The notes beneath the pieces are model-generated. The model did not search any database, had not been told where the DNA came from, and worked only from the letters and a program-made list of their open reading frames with translations. DNA of 35,427 bases from a virus (taxonomy: Duplodnaviria > Caudoviricetes): positions 1 through 35,427 of the IMG/VR virus record IMGVR_UViG_3300049004_000019; one strand, written 5' to 3'. The translations under genes were made by a program, and so were the position numbers. Below are positions 7,451-14,988 of this stretch, one piece after another. Every line of letters begins with the position of its first letter. Positions within the stretch are counted from its first letter, which is position 1.

Positions 7451-7917
7451 CCCGCATCGGGAACTGGTTCCGCGCGCTGACAACGGCGCCCGCGATACCA
7501 GCGCCGAAGAAGACCGCCGAAGAGGCCGCATGGGAGGCAATCGCCAACCGGTGCCCGTCGATCTATCGGGACGCCACGCGCGACTTCCGTTGCATGGTGC
7601 CTCACGGTTCCGGCGGTCGTTCCCATAGCAACCCGGAGTTGCCCTGGGCTTGGAGCGAACCACCAACTGGCGGCGACTTCTGGGCACGGCGCCCGGGGTC
7701 GAAGATCGTGCCGGGCGCCTGGTACCACGAGTGGGAGCGGGTCACGCCGGACGTCGACAACATCGCCGATGACGGCTCGAACTGGCCAACACGCGGGCTC
7801 CGGTGCGCGCAGTGCGGCGAGGTCCGGGAGCACGTGTACATGCAGCCTGGGCAGGTATCTCCGTACGGCCGAGGGGCCTGGCCCGGCCGCTGCCCTGGTC
7901 CGCAGGACGACCGATGA
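7447..7917 (+). CDS. Hypothetical protein (156 aa)
   Basis: GTGA overlap, GGAG RBS; Cys/His motifs (CAQC). Confidence 0.65.
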   Translation: MTRIGNWFRALTTAPAIPAPKKTAEEAAWEAIANRCPSIYRDATRDFRCMVPHGSGGRSHSNPELPWAWSEPPTGGDFWARRPGSKIVPGAWYHEWERVTPDVDNIADDGSNWPTRGLRCAQCGEVREHVYMQPGQVSPYGRGAWPGRCPGPQDDR

Positions 7918-8411
7918 CCCGCATCGGGCACCACCTGCTCGGCGGAACGTGCGGGCTCGCGCTCGCCGCGGTGGCCAGCCTCCCGGCCTTCGAGGCGGTT
8001 GCCGTGGCCATCATCGCCGCCGTGGTGGCTCCATGGCCCGACGTCGACCAGCGCAAATGGTGGCGGGACTCGCTCGGGGAGTTCAAGGCGCTCCGGCACC
8101 GGAGACTTACCCATTGGTGGGGAGTACCGGCAGCCTTTCTGCCGTTGCTCTTCTGGCTACACGGCCCGCTGGCCTGGCTGCTGGGCGCCGCCCTGACCGG
8201 CTGGTTCTCCCACCTCGCCGGCGATTGGGTGTTCGGCAAGCGCGGGCCGGCGGTCACCGGATGGCGTCGGGCCGGCATCCCGCTCGCTCCCTGGTGGGGC
8301 TACCACGGCCTGGGCCTGAAGTGCGGCGGCAAGGCGGAGAAGTACTGCGCGTGGCCTGTCCTGGCCGGCGTGCTGGCAGTGCAGGCAGCGTTCCTGACGG
8401 GAGTGGCGTGA
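7914..8411 (+). CDS. YdjM-like membrane-bound metal-dependent hydrolase (165 aa)
   Basis: Motifs GH, PDVD, HRRLTH, SHLAGD with several TM helices; ATGA overlap. Confidence 0.8.
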   Translation: MTRIGHHLLGGTCGLALAAVASLPAFEAVAVAIIAAVVAPWPDVDQRKWWRDSLGEFKALRHRRLTHWWGVPAAFLPLLFWLHGPLAWLLGAALTGWFSHLAGDWVFGKRGPAVTGWRRAGIPLAPWWGYHGLGLKCGGKAEKYCAWPVLAGVLAVQAAFLTGVA

Positions 8412-8680
8412 TGGCCAGACGAATCGACGTCAGCGTCCATGAAATCGCCACTGACGGCCTTCCTCCCCGGGACGGGGACATGGCAGGTCGATACGCCTTC
8501 ATCTTCGACGGGTGCATCGTGTCCGGTTGGCCCTGGTTCGGCGATGAAGGCGATGGGGCGTACGGCGGCTACTGGATCGCCAACTCGGACGTCGGACGCG
8601 TGAACATCAAGTTCTCTGGGGTGACTCACTGGATCGAATTCCCCGAGCCGCTCCACTCGATCGGATCCGGGATGGCGTGA
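8411..8680 (+). CDS. Phage hypothetical protein (89 aa)
   Basis: GGGAG RBS, TGATG overlap; LP...VTHW pattern common in small phage proteins. Confidence 0.7.
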   Translation: MARRIDVSVHEIATDGLPPRDGDMAGRYAFIFDGCIVSGWPWFGDEGDGAYGGYWIANSDVGRVNIKFSGVTHWIEFPEPLHSIGSGMA

Positions 8681-8820
8681 TGGAACTGAACGAAGCCGTC
8701 GAGTGGGTCGAAGGTCTGGCCAAGGACTACGTGCTGCTCAAGCGGGATTGCTCCGTGGGAGAGGCAGAGCGGGTCATGGCCACAACGCAAGAAGCAATCA
8801 GCACGCTTCGGGAAGAGTGA
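8680..8820 (+). CDS. Small hypothetical protein (46 aa, MELNEAVEWVEGLAKDY...)
   Basis: TGATG overlap; fills the gap; below the ORF-track cutoff, translated manually. Confidence 0.6.
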   Translation: MELNEAVEWVEGLAKDYVLLKRDCSVGEAERVMATTQEAISTLREE

Positions 8821-8834
8821 AGGAAGTGGATACC

Positions 8835-9074
8835 GTGACGTCGGATGCACCGGCCAGGCTCAGCCGCCCGGACGCCGCAAGGTACTTGGGCCTCTCCATC
8901 GGCACCCTCAGGAACTACGACCGTGAGGGCAAGCTGGTGGCCGAACGAGACAAGCACGGCCAGTGGTGGTATCCACTGGCCATGCTTGATGACTTCGCTA
9001 ACCACAACGTCCTGCTGTGCTCGGACGGTGAGCGGGCGGCATCACCGGGAGGCGAGCCTCGTCCTCAGGGCTAA
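8835..9074 (+). CDS. MerR/excisionase-like HTH DNA-binding protein (79 aa)
   Basis: LSRPDAARYLGLSIGTLRNYDREGKL...G.WWY; AAGGAAG upstream; start could be GTG 8826. Confidence 0.75.
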   Translation: MTSDAPARLSRPDAARYLGLSIGTLRNYDREGKLVAERDKHGQWWYPLAMLDDFANHNVLLCSDGERAASPGGEPRPQG

Positions 9075-9225
9075 GCGGAATCGTGTAGCGGGGGTAGTCC
9101 GTTCCGGCCACTCGGTACGTCAGCGTCCGCTCGTCTGCGGGTCCGTCAACGCTCAGGATCTCCAGCCCCCATTCCGCCGCCGTGCGGGGCTGGAGAGCCC
9201 ACCCTGGGATTCCGAGACCTTTCAT
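8998..9225 (-). CDS. Hypothetical protein (75 aa)
   Basis: ATGA overlap with the DUF2637 stop, but overlaps the convergent HTH gene by 77 bp. Confidence 0.4.
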   Translation of the reverse strand: MKGLGIPGWALQPRTAAEWGLEILSVDGPADERTLTYRVAGTDYPRYTIPLSPEDEARLPVMPPAHRPSTAGRCG

Positions 9226-10064
9226 GATCGAGCCGCTTTCAGTTGTCGGGTCAGGGCCGCTGCCTCGTTCGTGTTGATCGTGTAGCCCTCCTTCCTCAGC
9301 GCTTCGACCAACGAGCCCCGGCTCAGCTTGTCCCCGAGTTCGGCAGCAATCCGGGTGGCAGCGGACAGCCGGGCTTCGTTGTCCTTGGGGACAGCCGTCG
9401 GGCGGACAGGCTTCGGTGGTAGCGGGCGGACAAAGCCGTTTGTCCTCGGCTTGTCCTCGGGGACAGCGGACAGGACAGGCTTAGGAACCTCGGACAGGAC
9501 AGCGGGCTTCGGGCGGACAGGTTCGCGGACAGCCTCAGCGGACGGGACAGCTGGCTTGTCGGCTGTCCGCGAAGGACGGGACAGGACAAAGGTCGCCACG
9601 ATCATGGCGCCGTCGATCGCCAGCGGGTAGAGGACAGCGGACTGCTTGGACTCCCCGTAGCTTCGCGCCAACGCCGAGATGTGGTCGTAGCTGATGGCGA
9701 AGCAGAGCACGGCGACGGCGCCTGTGGTGACCCTGATCCACCAGCGGCCGTCGACAGCGGCCACGTGGAAGGCGATAAAGAGCAGCACCGGGATCACCGC
9801 GCTGAGCGCCTTGGCTCCGGGGTTGGAGTGCGCGTGCGCGTAGTTCGCGGCCACGGTCGCCAGCGTCCCCGCCGTCAGAAGCAGGTAGGCCATCGCCCGA
9901 CCGCCCGCCGAGGACGGCCCGCGCGGCAGGTGCCACGCCGGCAGCTTCAACCGAGGGATCGTGATCCGCCACCGCGCCATCACCGTGACCGCGCGCCAGA
10001 TCCCCCACTCGGCCAGGAAGGCCAGTGCGGCGAGGGTGGCCGCGAACGCGACGTCCCGGATCAT
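9222..10064 (-). CDS. DUF2637/SpdA-like membrane protein with Pro-rich linker and C-terminal HTH-like domain (280 aa)
   Basis: AN..HA, AISYDHI..LA..YGE and YPLAIDG motifs; about five TM helices; C-terminal LSRGSLVEALRKEGYTINTNEAAAL; ATGA overlap at 10064. Confidence 0.8.
   Translation of the reverse strand: MIRDVAFAATLAALAFLAEWGIWRAVTVMARWRITIPRLKLPAWHLPRGPSSAGGRAMAYLLLTAGTLATVAANYAHAHSNPGAKALSAVIPVLLFIAFHVAAVDGRWWIRVTTGAVAVLCFAISYDHISALARSYGESKQSAVLYPLAIDGAMIVATFVLSRPSRTADKPAVPSAEAVREPVRPKPAVLSEVPKPVLSAVPEDKPRTNGFVRPLPPKPVRPTAVPKDNEARLSAATRIAAELGDKLSRGSLVEALRKEGYTINTNEAAALTRQLKAARS
9325..9640. repeat. GGACA/TGTCC pentamer cluster 2
   Basis: About 20 copies in ~310 bp (manual count), inside the linker-coding part of the DUF2637 gene. 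Confidence 0.9.
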
Positions 10065-10486
10065 GACGGCCTCACTGGACCACCGTCGAGATGGCATCCG
10101 CCCTGCGAGCACGCTTCAGGGTCGGGGCAGCCCAAGCATCGCGCCCTCATGGCCTCGGACTCTGGCGCCACGAATGACGGGCATTCGGTGCGTGAGTGGC
10201 CAAGCGGCTCACGCATGCAGCCGCACTGGTCGGTGGCTTCCTCGTAGGCCGCCGTGCGCTCTTGCAGTCCGTAGTCGTCGCAGAGCGGGCACGCCCGACG
10301 ATGCGCGCCTGCTCTGTTGCGGATGCACCCGCATTCCTCGTACTCGACCTGCGCTGTATTCAGAGGAGGGATCACCGTGTAGCCCAGCTCCCGCAGAGCC
10401 GCCGCATACTCGTCCGCCTTGCGGGTGAGGAACTTTAGGCGCCGAGCCTCGGTGGCCTTGGCGGTACGTGCCTGCGTCTCGCTCAT
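10061..10486 (-). CDS. Cys/His-rich hypothetical protein (141 aa, MSETQARTAK...)
   Basis: ATGA overlap; two CGC-x6/7-H-x3/4-CP repeats. Confidence 0.65.
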   Translation of the reverse strand: MSETQARTAKATEARRLKFLTRKADEYAAALRELGYTVIPPLNTAQVEYEECGCIRNRAGAHRRACPLCDDYGLQERTAAYEEATDQCGCMREPLGHSRTECPSFVAPESEAMRARCLGCPDPEACSQGGCHLDGGPVRPS

Positions 10487-10635
10487 GACTTGCGCCCGCC
10501 CTTCCCGCCGTTGCCCTTCCCGCCGTTGCCCCCATTGCCCTTCTCGTTCTTGTCGACGACCTTCTCGACAGACTGCCGAGCCTGCTCCCGGTCCTGCTTC
10601 GGGGTCTGCCGGTGCTTGCCCTTGTCGTCCGCCAT
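10483..10635 (-). CDS. Small basic Gly-rich protein (50 aa, MADDKGKHRQTPKQD...GNGGKGNGGKGGRKS)
   Basis: GGAAGG RBS; stop overlaps the next ATG; translated manually. Confidence 0.6.
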   Translation of the reverse strand: MADDKGKHRQTPKQDREQARQSVEKVVDKNEKGNGGNGGKGNGGKGGRKS

Positions 10636-10768
10636 CAGTTACCTTCCAGTAATTGGCGCTGTTTCGCACAATCAGCGCAGGTTTGCTCGTGAGTGTTCCG
10701 CATGCCCATGTTGCTGAATTTGAGCCCACAGAGCGCCCGCTGAAACGATCGGTGCGACCGGAAGTGGC

Positions 10769-10984
10769 TCATCTCAGTACGGCCTCCCTCCTGGCCTGCG
10801 TGCCATCCACCTGAGTGGACGCGTACTGCCGTCCGGTCACGGGAGAGACTCGCGGTTCGTCGGTCGCAATGTTGAGGGAGTGCTGTCCGGTCTCGTGGTC
10901 GTACGCCTCAAAGGTCACCACGCCAGTGACGGTCTCGTCCTTGAACGGGGCGACCACCCGCGTTCCGATGCCGAAAAGTTCCAT
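10769..10984 (-). CDS. Hypothetical SH3-like beta protein (71 aa), probably leaderless
   Basis: ATG at 10984 lies 7 nt after a -10 box; no SD; F.IGTRV...G.V pattern. Confidence 0.6.
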   Translation of the reverse strand: MELFGIGTRVVAPFKDETVTGVVTFEAYDHETGQHSLNIATDEPRVSPVTGRQYASTQVDGTQARREAVLR

Positions 10985-10991
10985 GCCAAGA

Positions 10992-11024
10992 ATTGTACCC
11001 CACGTCAACGTCCAACGTCAACGT
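10992..11024 (-). promoter_or_regulatory. Near-consensus promoter with overlapping direct repeats
   Basis: TTGACG (11021-11016), 18 bp, TACAAT (10997-10992); ACGTCAACGT at 11002-11011 and 11015-11024. Confidence 0.7.
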
Positions 11025-11041
11025 GCCAGGGTTCGGACAGC

Positions 11042-11076
11042 AAAACGCCCCTCCCGGTACGGATCCGGGAGGGGCG
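11042..11076 (-). terminator. Rho-independent terminator closing the late transcript
   Basis: Perfect 12-bp stem CGCCCCTCCCGG/CCGGGAGGGGCG, 7-nt loop, then TTTT on the minus strand. Confidence 0.85.
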
Positions 11077-11086
11077 AGTGCGGGAC

Positions 11087-11315
11087 AGCAAGGCGGGTGG
11101 GATTCGAACCCACGGGCGGCTCTGGCAGCAGGGGCGGACACTCCCCACCTGTCGGACGGTCACTCGGTCGCGACCCGATCACCCGCTAGCTCGGACGACT
11201 ACCGCCGCCCAAGCCCGACTCTGCCATTCACCGCTCTGGCGCGGCGTACGCGGCTTGTCCCATCCGCCCTACCGCACTTCACCCGTTTGTGGCCTCTCCG
11301 GGCACGCGCCTTGCC
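11087..11315 (-). ncRNA. tRNA-like structured RNA (~229 nt) with a ~168-nt domain replacing the anticodon and variable arms
   Basis: Closing stem GGCAAGGCG/CGCCTTGCT, D-like arm CCCG-GAGAGGCCACAAA-CGGG, perfect T arm GTGGG-TTCGAAT-CCCAC, long internal helices rich in G-U pairs. Confidence 0.7.
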
Positions 11316-11318
11316 GTG

Positions 11319-11684
11319 TCAAACCTTAGCAGCGTGACGCCGCGTCCGAGCGTCGACGTTGGGGACGATCACCACGCCGAACGCTCCGGCGACCGCGATG
11401 ATTACCATCCACAACTCGCTCGCATCGAGCCCGTCGGCCACGACGGCGGGGGTCAGTACGCCGGCTATCGCGATCACAACCGCACTCAGCTCCTTGGCGA
11501 ACCGAGCCACACCACCGTCGAGGTTCGGAGTGATGAGCGTCTGTACCGCGTTGGCCAGTGCGACCGCGACCACGGTCCACTCCAGCACGCCGTGAATGCC
11601 CCCGTCGGTCACTCCGGCGATGCCCGCACCGACGAACCCGCAGAAGGCGACGATGGCCTTGAGGTGAGCCTTGATCCAGCTCAT
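11319..11684 (-). CDS. Holin-like membrane protein (121 aa, duplicated helical hairpins)
   Basis: Four hydrophobic helices, two repeats ending in PN; directly downstream of the endolysin. Confidence 0.7.
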   Translation of the reverse strand: MSWIKAHLKAIVAFCGFVGAGIAGVTDGGIHGVLEWTVVAVALANAVQTLITPNLDGGVARFAKELSAVVIAIAGVLTPAVVADGLDASELWMVIIAVAGAFGVVIVPNVDARTRRHAAKV

Positions 11685-11701
11685 GACGTCCCGCTCTCTA
11701 C

Positions 11702-12655
11702 TCAGGCTTCCGCGCGGCGGATGTGCCGCTCGGACTGTTCGGCGTTCGGCAGCGAGGCCGCCGTGACGACCGGCCCGCAGTGGTCCAGGTCGTCGACCAC
11801 GACTGGCTCGCCGTAGAGCGTCACCATGTCGTCGAACTCCGGTGAGCCCACATAGAGCCGGTACTTACCGGTCGGCGCCACCCCCGCCAGGTAGACGGAG
11901 TTGTTGCCCTTCTCCATGACCAGCTTCACGTGCTCGTCCTCCTTGGCCGGCGTGACCGGCGGCTTGGGTGGTGGTGGCTTGGGCACGGGCACTCGCGTGG
12001 CCGCCGCCAGGAACGAGGCCACCGTGCCCTTGGTCTGGTTGACGTCGCATACGCCCGGGTCGCCCGGGATGTTGGCAGTCGAGGTGTACTGCAGAATCAG
12101 CGGCGAGAAGGTGCCCCACGGCGCCCACCCGGTAGCGATCTTGGTAGCGAGTGCGGCGTAGGTTCCGCTGCCCGTGACGTACGCGGACTGCCACCAGCGG
12201 CCACCGACCAGCGGCAGGAGTTGCGCGGCGCCCACGCCCAGGCCGGACCAGTACCACTTCGGGAAGTAGCCGCACAGCGGGTAGGAACCCGTAAGCGCGT
12301 TCCAGCTCCGGACGAACCCCTGGACGTCGGCCAGCCCGACACCGGAGCCCTCAGCGTCGAGCTGGACCACGAGGCCGTCGAGCGAGCCGTAGCCGGCCAC
12401 GAGCGCGTTGTAGAAGTTCGCGGCCTGGGCGGAGTAGTTGCCCGGGCGAAGCCAGTGGTAGCCGCCCCGGATCGGGAAGCCGGCCCGCCGGATACCGGCC
12501 GCCGCACTGCGGTAGTAGGCCGAGGTCGCCGCCGCGGTCTGAGCCGGCGTGCCCTCGGTGGCCTTGCAAACCACGCCCTGGATGCCGCCGGCCTTGACCG
12601 CGGCGTAGTCGATCGTTCCGTTGTACCGGCTGATATCGATCGTGTAGAAGGTCAT
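11702..12655 (-). CDS. Endolysin, GH25 muramidase (317 aa)
   Basis: IDISRYNG, KATEG, GGYHW, LDAE, LQYTS and DVN motifs; Pro/Lys linker and short C-terminal domain; ATGA overlap at 12655. Confidence 0.9.
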   Translation of the reverse strand: MTFYTIDISRYNGTIDYAAVKAGGIQGVVCKATEGTPAQTAAATSAYYRSAAAGIRRAGFPIRGGYHWLRPGNYSAQAANFYNALVAGYGSLDGLVVQLDAEGSGVGLADVQGFVRSWNALTGSYPLCGYFPKWYWSGLGVGAAQLLPLVGGRWWQSAYVTGSGTYAALATKIATGWAPWGTFSPLILQYTSTANIPGDPGVCDVNQTKGTVASFLAAATRVPVPKPPPPKPPVTPAKEDEHVKLVMEKGNNSVYLAGVAPTGKYRLYVGSPEFDDMVTLYGEPVVVDDLDHCGPVVTAASLPNAEQSERHIRRAEA

Positions 12656-12954
12656 CCGTCTGCACCTCGTAACGCCCGGACGAGTAGGTAGACACGCTGC
12701 CAGATCGCCAGCGTCAGCAGGCTGTAAGTGAAGATCCGCACGTAGGACAACCAGGCCAGCCCTGGCCAGTAGAAGCTGATTGTCCGGATGATCAGGACCA
12801 GGGCCAGCGCGACCATGAAGTACAGCATGTGCCGTCCGAGCGCGGACCCGCGCCACTGCGACAGGCTGTAGTAGAGGACCAGGAACAGGATCACTCCGGC
12901 GAGCATGAGCATGCCGAGCACCCCCGCGACCCGATCCGCCACGGCAGCGTCCAT
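12652..12954 (-). CDS. Putative holin (three TM, 100 aa)
   Basis: Three hydrophobic helices with W..S.LGR.M motif; adjacent to the endolysin; GGAGG RBS. Confidence 0.7.
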   Translation of the reverse strand: MDAAVADRVAGVLGMLMLAGVILFLVLYYSLSQWRGSALGRHMLYFMVALALVLIIRTISFYWPGLAWLSYVRIFTYSLLTLAIWQRVYLLVRALRGADG

Positions 12955-12955
12955 C

Positions 12956-13192
12956 TCATGCCTCCCGGTGGTGCTTGGGCTTGGGCCTCATGGCCTGAGC
13001 CAGTTCTTCCAGGAACGGATCAGGCCCGGACTTCCGTCGGGCCTGCTCCAGTCCTTCGGAGACGTCATGGATGTCCTTCCAGCGGTCAGTGGTCTCCCTC
13101 AGCCCACGCTCGGCCTGGATCCGGGCCTTCCGGCCTTCCTCCTCGGTGGGCACTTGGGACTCCCCTTTTCTGCACCGCCTAGGCCATCTCAT
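12956..13192 (-). CDS. Lysis-region small coiled-coil protein (78 aa; start may be the internal GTG of VPTEEE)
   Basis: MRWPRR... start overlapping the upstream gene; typical position in actinophage lysis cassettes. Confidence 0.55.
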   Translation of the reverse strand: MRWPRRCRKGESQVPTEEEGRKARIQAERGLRETTDRWKDIHDVSEGLEQARRKSGPDPFLEELAQAMRPKPKHHREA

Positions 13193-13445
13193 CTCGGACC
13201 TTTCCGAGCACCGGGTACGCCGCCTCCATGAGTCGCTGCTGCTGGGCCTGCAGGATGTCCGCGCGCGCGGAGTGTGCGTGCGCCGACGCCCATGCGTCGG
13301 TGAGCTGGCGTTGGTAGGACTCCTCCAACCGGTCGACCTGCGATTTGGGGACCAGCCAACCCCGGACGATGGCGAGGATGACACCTCCCACGATGGCGGA
13401 CAGCCCGCTCGTGGACAGGACGTCGGCGGTCACCCAATCGAACAC
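13179..13445 (-). CDS. Lysis-region membrane protein (TM plus coiled coil, 88 aa)
   Basis: GGAG RBS; TM helix followed by RGWLVP and a helical tail. Confidence 0.7.
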   Translation of the reverse strand: MFDWVTADVLSTSGLSAIVGGVILAIVRGWLVPKSQVDRLEESYQRQLTDAWASAHAHSARADILQAQQQRLMEAAYPVLGKVRDEMA

Positions 13446-13465
13446 AGGTCAACGTCTCCGCTCGT

Positions 13466-14293
13466 TCACAGGTGCGCCTCGATCCACGCCACCGCGGTGG
13501 CGAAGTCAGCCTTGAGCCGGTCCAGCCAATCCGGTGCGCCAGGCGAAGGCACGGGGGTCGGAGCCGGAGCGGTCAGCGGCACGGGCACGGTGACGTCCCC
13601 GTCGTGGCTGAGCAGCGTGCCCCAATCGGTGAAGCTGAACTTGAACTCGCCGGCCACGCCCCATCCGGTGCCCCAGGAGTTCCGGGCGAGCACCAGGTCC
13701 TTCTCGGCGTCGAGGCCGTAGACGAGGAACTCGTGGCCACCCTCAAGGCCGGTCAGGCGCTTGGGCAGTTTGACCAGACCGTTGGCGTCGGGCTGGTCGA
13801 ATGCGGCGTACCAGTTGACGCCCGTGATGACGTGCGAGTCGTTGGAGACGGTCGCCAGAGCGTCATCGAGGGAGAACGTGTGGCGGTAGCCGGAGATGAG
13901 TCCGAGGCCCTGCGCCGCCTTGTTGACCGAAACGCCGTCACTTCCGGTATCGGTGGGCGGGTATGTCCCGTTGTACGGGTCCAGCGTGGTGGCCAGGTGG
14001 TAGAGCACGTCCCGCGCGACAGCCTCGGTGGGCTGCAACGACGCCTTGAGAGCGTCCGTGAGCGCCTCGTAGACCTTCCCGGTGTAGACCGAACCCAGCA
14101 TCGCGTTTCCGGTACAGCTCCCGGTCTGCCCCTGGTCCAGTACGGGGTAATGCCGGTCCCAGGTCTTCGACACGAGCGTGGTGCTCGACGGCTGATGCGC
14201 GAACGCCCGGGACTGCGGGTCGTGGTTGACGTGCCGGCCGAGCCCGCCGGGCGCGCCGGGGGACCGCTGGTGTTCAACCTCGTAGTGCGTCAC
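13466..14293 (-). CDS. Papain-like (C1A) cysteine peptidase (275 aa)
   Basis: DQGQTGSCTG (oxyanion Q, catalytic C), GGHE (H), RNSWG..WG..G.F (N); GTG at 14293 with AGGAGG RBS and GTGA overlap. Confidence 0.9.
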   Translation of the reverse strand: MTHYEVEHQRSPGAPGGLGRHVNHDPQSRAFAHQPSSTTLVSKTWDRHYPVLDQGQTGSCTGNAMLGSVYTGKVYEALTDALKASLQPTEAVARDVLYHLATTLDPYNGTYPPTDTGSDGVSVNKAAQGLGLISGYRHTFSLDDALATVSNDSHVITGVNWYAAFDQPDANGLVKLPKRLTGLEGGHEFLVYGLDAEKDLVLARNSWGTGWGVAGEFKFSFTDWGTLLSHDGDVTVPVPLTAPAPTPVPSPGAPDWLDRLKADFATAVAWIEAHL

Positions 14294-14988
14294 AAAACCT
14301 CCTGGACGGTGAGCGAGTAGTAGTCGCCCGAGTCGACGTGCAAGTTGCTGCCGGCGACGTTGTTCTTGATCCGGATCTTCGCCGTGACGCTCCCGGCGGC
14401 GAGGCTCGGAATGACGGTCGACCCGGCGGCCGTGCCGCGAGCGGAACGGAGGTCGGTGTTGCTGGCGCTGTCCACCAGCCGATCGAGCGTGATGCTGGCG
14501 CACACATAGTCGGTGGCGCCGATCTGCACGGCGGCGATCATGCCGCCAGAGATCACGTCGGCGTACCCGGTGATCGAGAGGTTGACGAACAGGTTCGACG
14601 TCGAAAACCGCTTGGTCATGGTGACCGAGTTGGGCGTGCTGGACAGGTCGAAGAACACGCCGGCCGAAGAGATGACGTTGGAGGCGGTCACGAAGTTCTG
14701 GGCCTGCGCGAACGCGCCCGCAGTGCTCAACCCGACCTTGCCCAGGCCGATCATGTCGCTCCCCGACTTGACCAACCAGATCGTGTCGCCCACGACGGGC
14801 TGATAGGAGAGCAGGCACTTCACCCCGGCCACGGTGGTGGTGACGTCGCCGGAGAGGTTCAGCGAGCACGAGTTGTCGCCCGCGTTGATCGCCGTGATGA
14901 CGCCTTGCCGGAGCTGGGCGTACTGCAGGTTCTGTCCGTTGGCCGGGTCGTTGAGTTGCTGCGCAACCGCGACGATGGGGTCGGTCAT
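14290..14988 (-). CDS. Minor tail / tail tip protein (232 aa)
   Basis: N-terminal OB-like segment (G.I..I...SYQPVVGD.IW) and beta-rich C-terminus; position after the tail hub gene. Confidence 0.7.
   Translation of the reverse strand: MTDPIVAVAQQLNDPANGQNLQYAQLRQGVITAINAGDNSCSLNLSGDVTTTVAGVKCLLSYQPVVGDTIWLVKSGSDMIGLGKVGLSTAGAFAQAQNFVTASNVISSAGVFFDLSSTPNSVTMTKRFSTSNLFVNLSITGYADVISGGMIAAVQIGATDYVCASITLDRLVDSASNTDLRSARGTAAGSTVIPSLAAGSVTAKIRIKNNVAGSNLHVDSGDYYSLTVQEVL

Noticed and set aside
10498-10531. 15-bp tandem repeat GCCCTTCCCGCCGTT
   Set aside because: Explained by the GNGGK peptide repeat of the 50-aa ORF
11087-11315. Canonical tRNA, tmRNA or intron-containing tRNA
   Set aside because: No anticodon loop or CCA, irregular acceptor stem; too short for tmRNA and no tag frame seen; no group I core motifs recognised by eye
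11702-14869. Long ORF-track starts for the endolysin (12856) and protease (14869); likewise 16241, 24031, 28191 and 7803
   Set aside because: The extensions overlap real upstream genes; shorter starts have an RBS or stop/start overlaps
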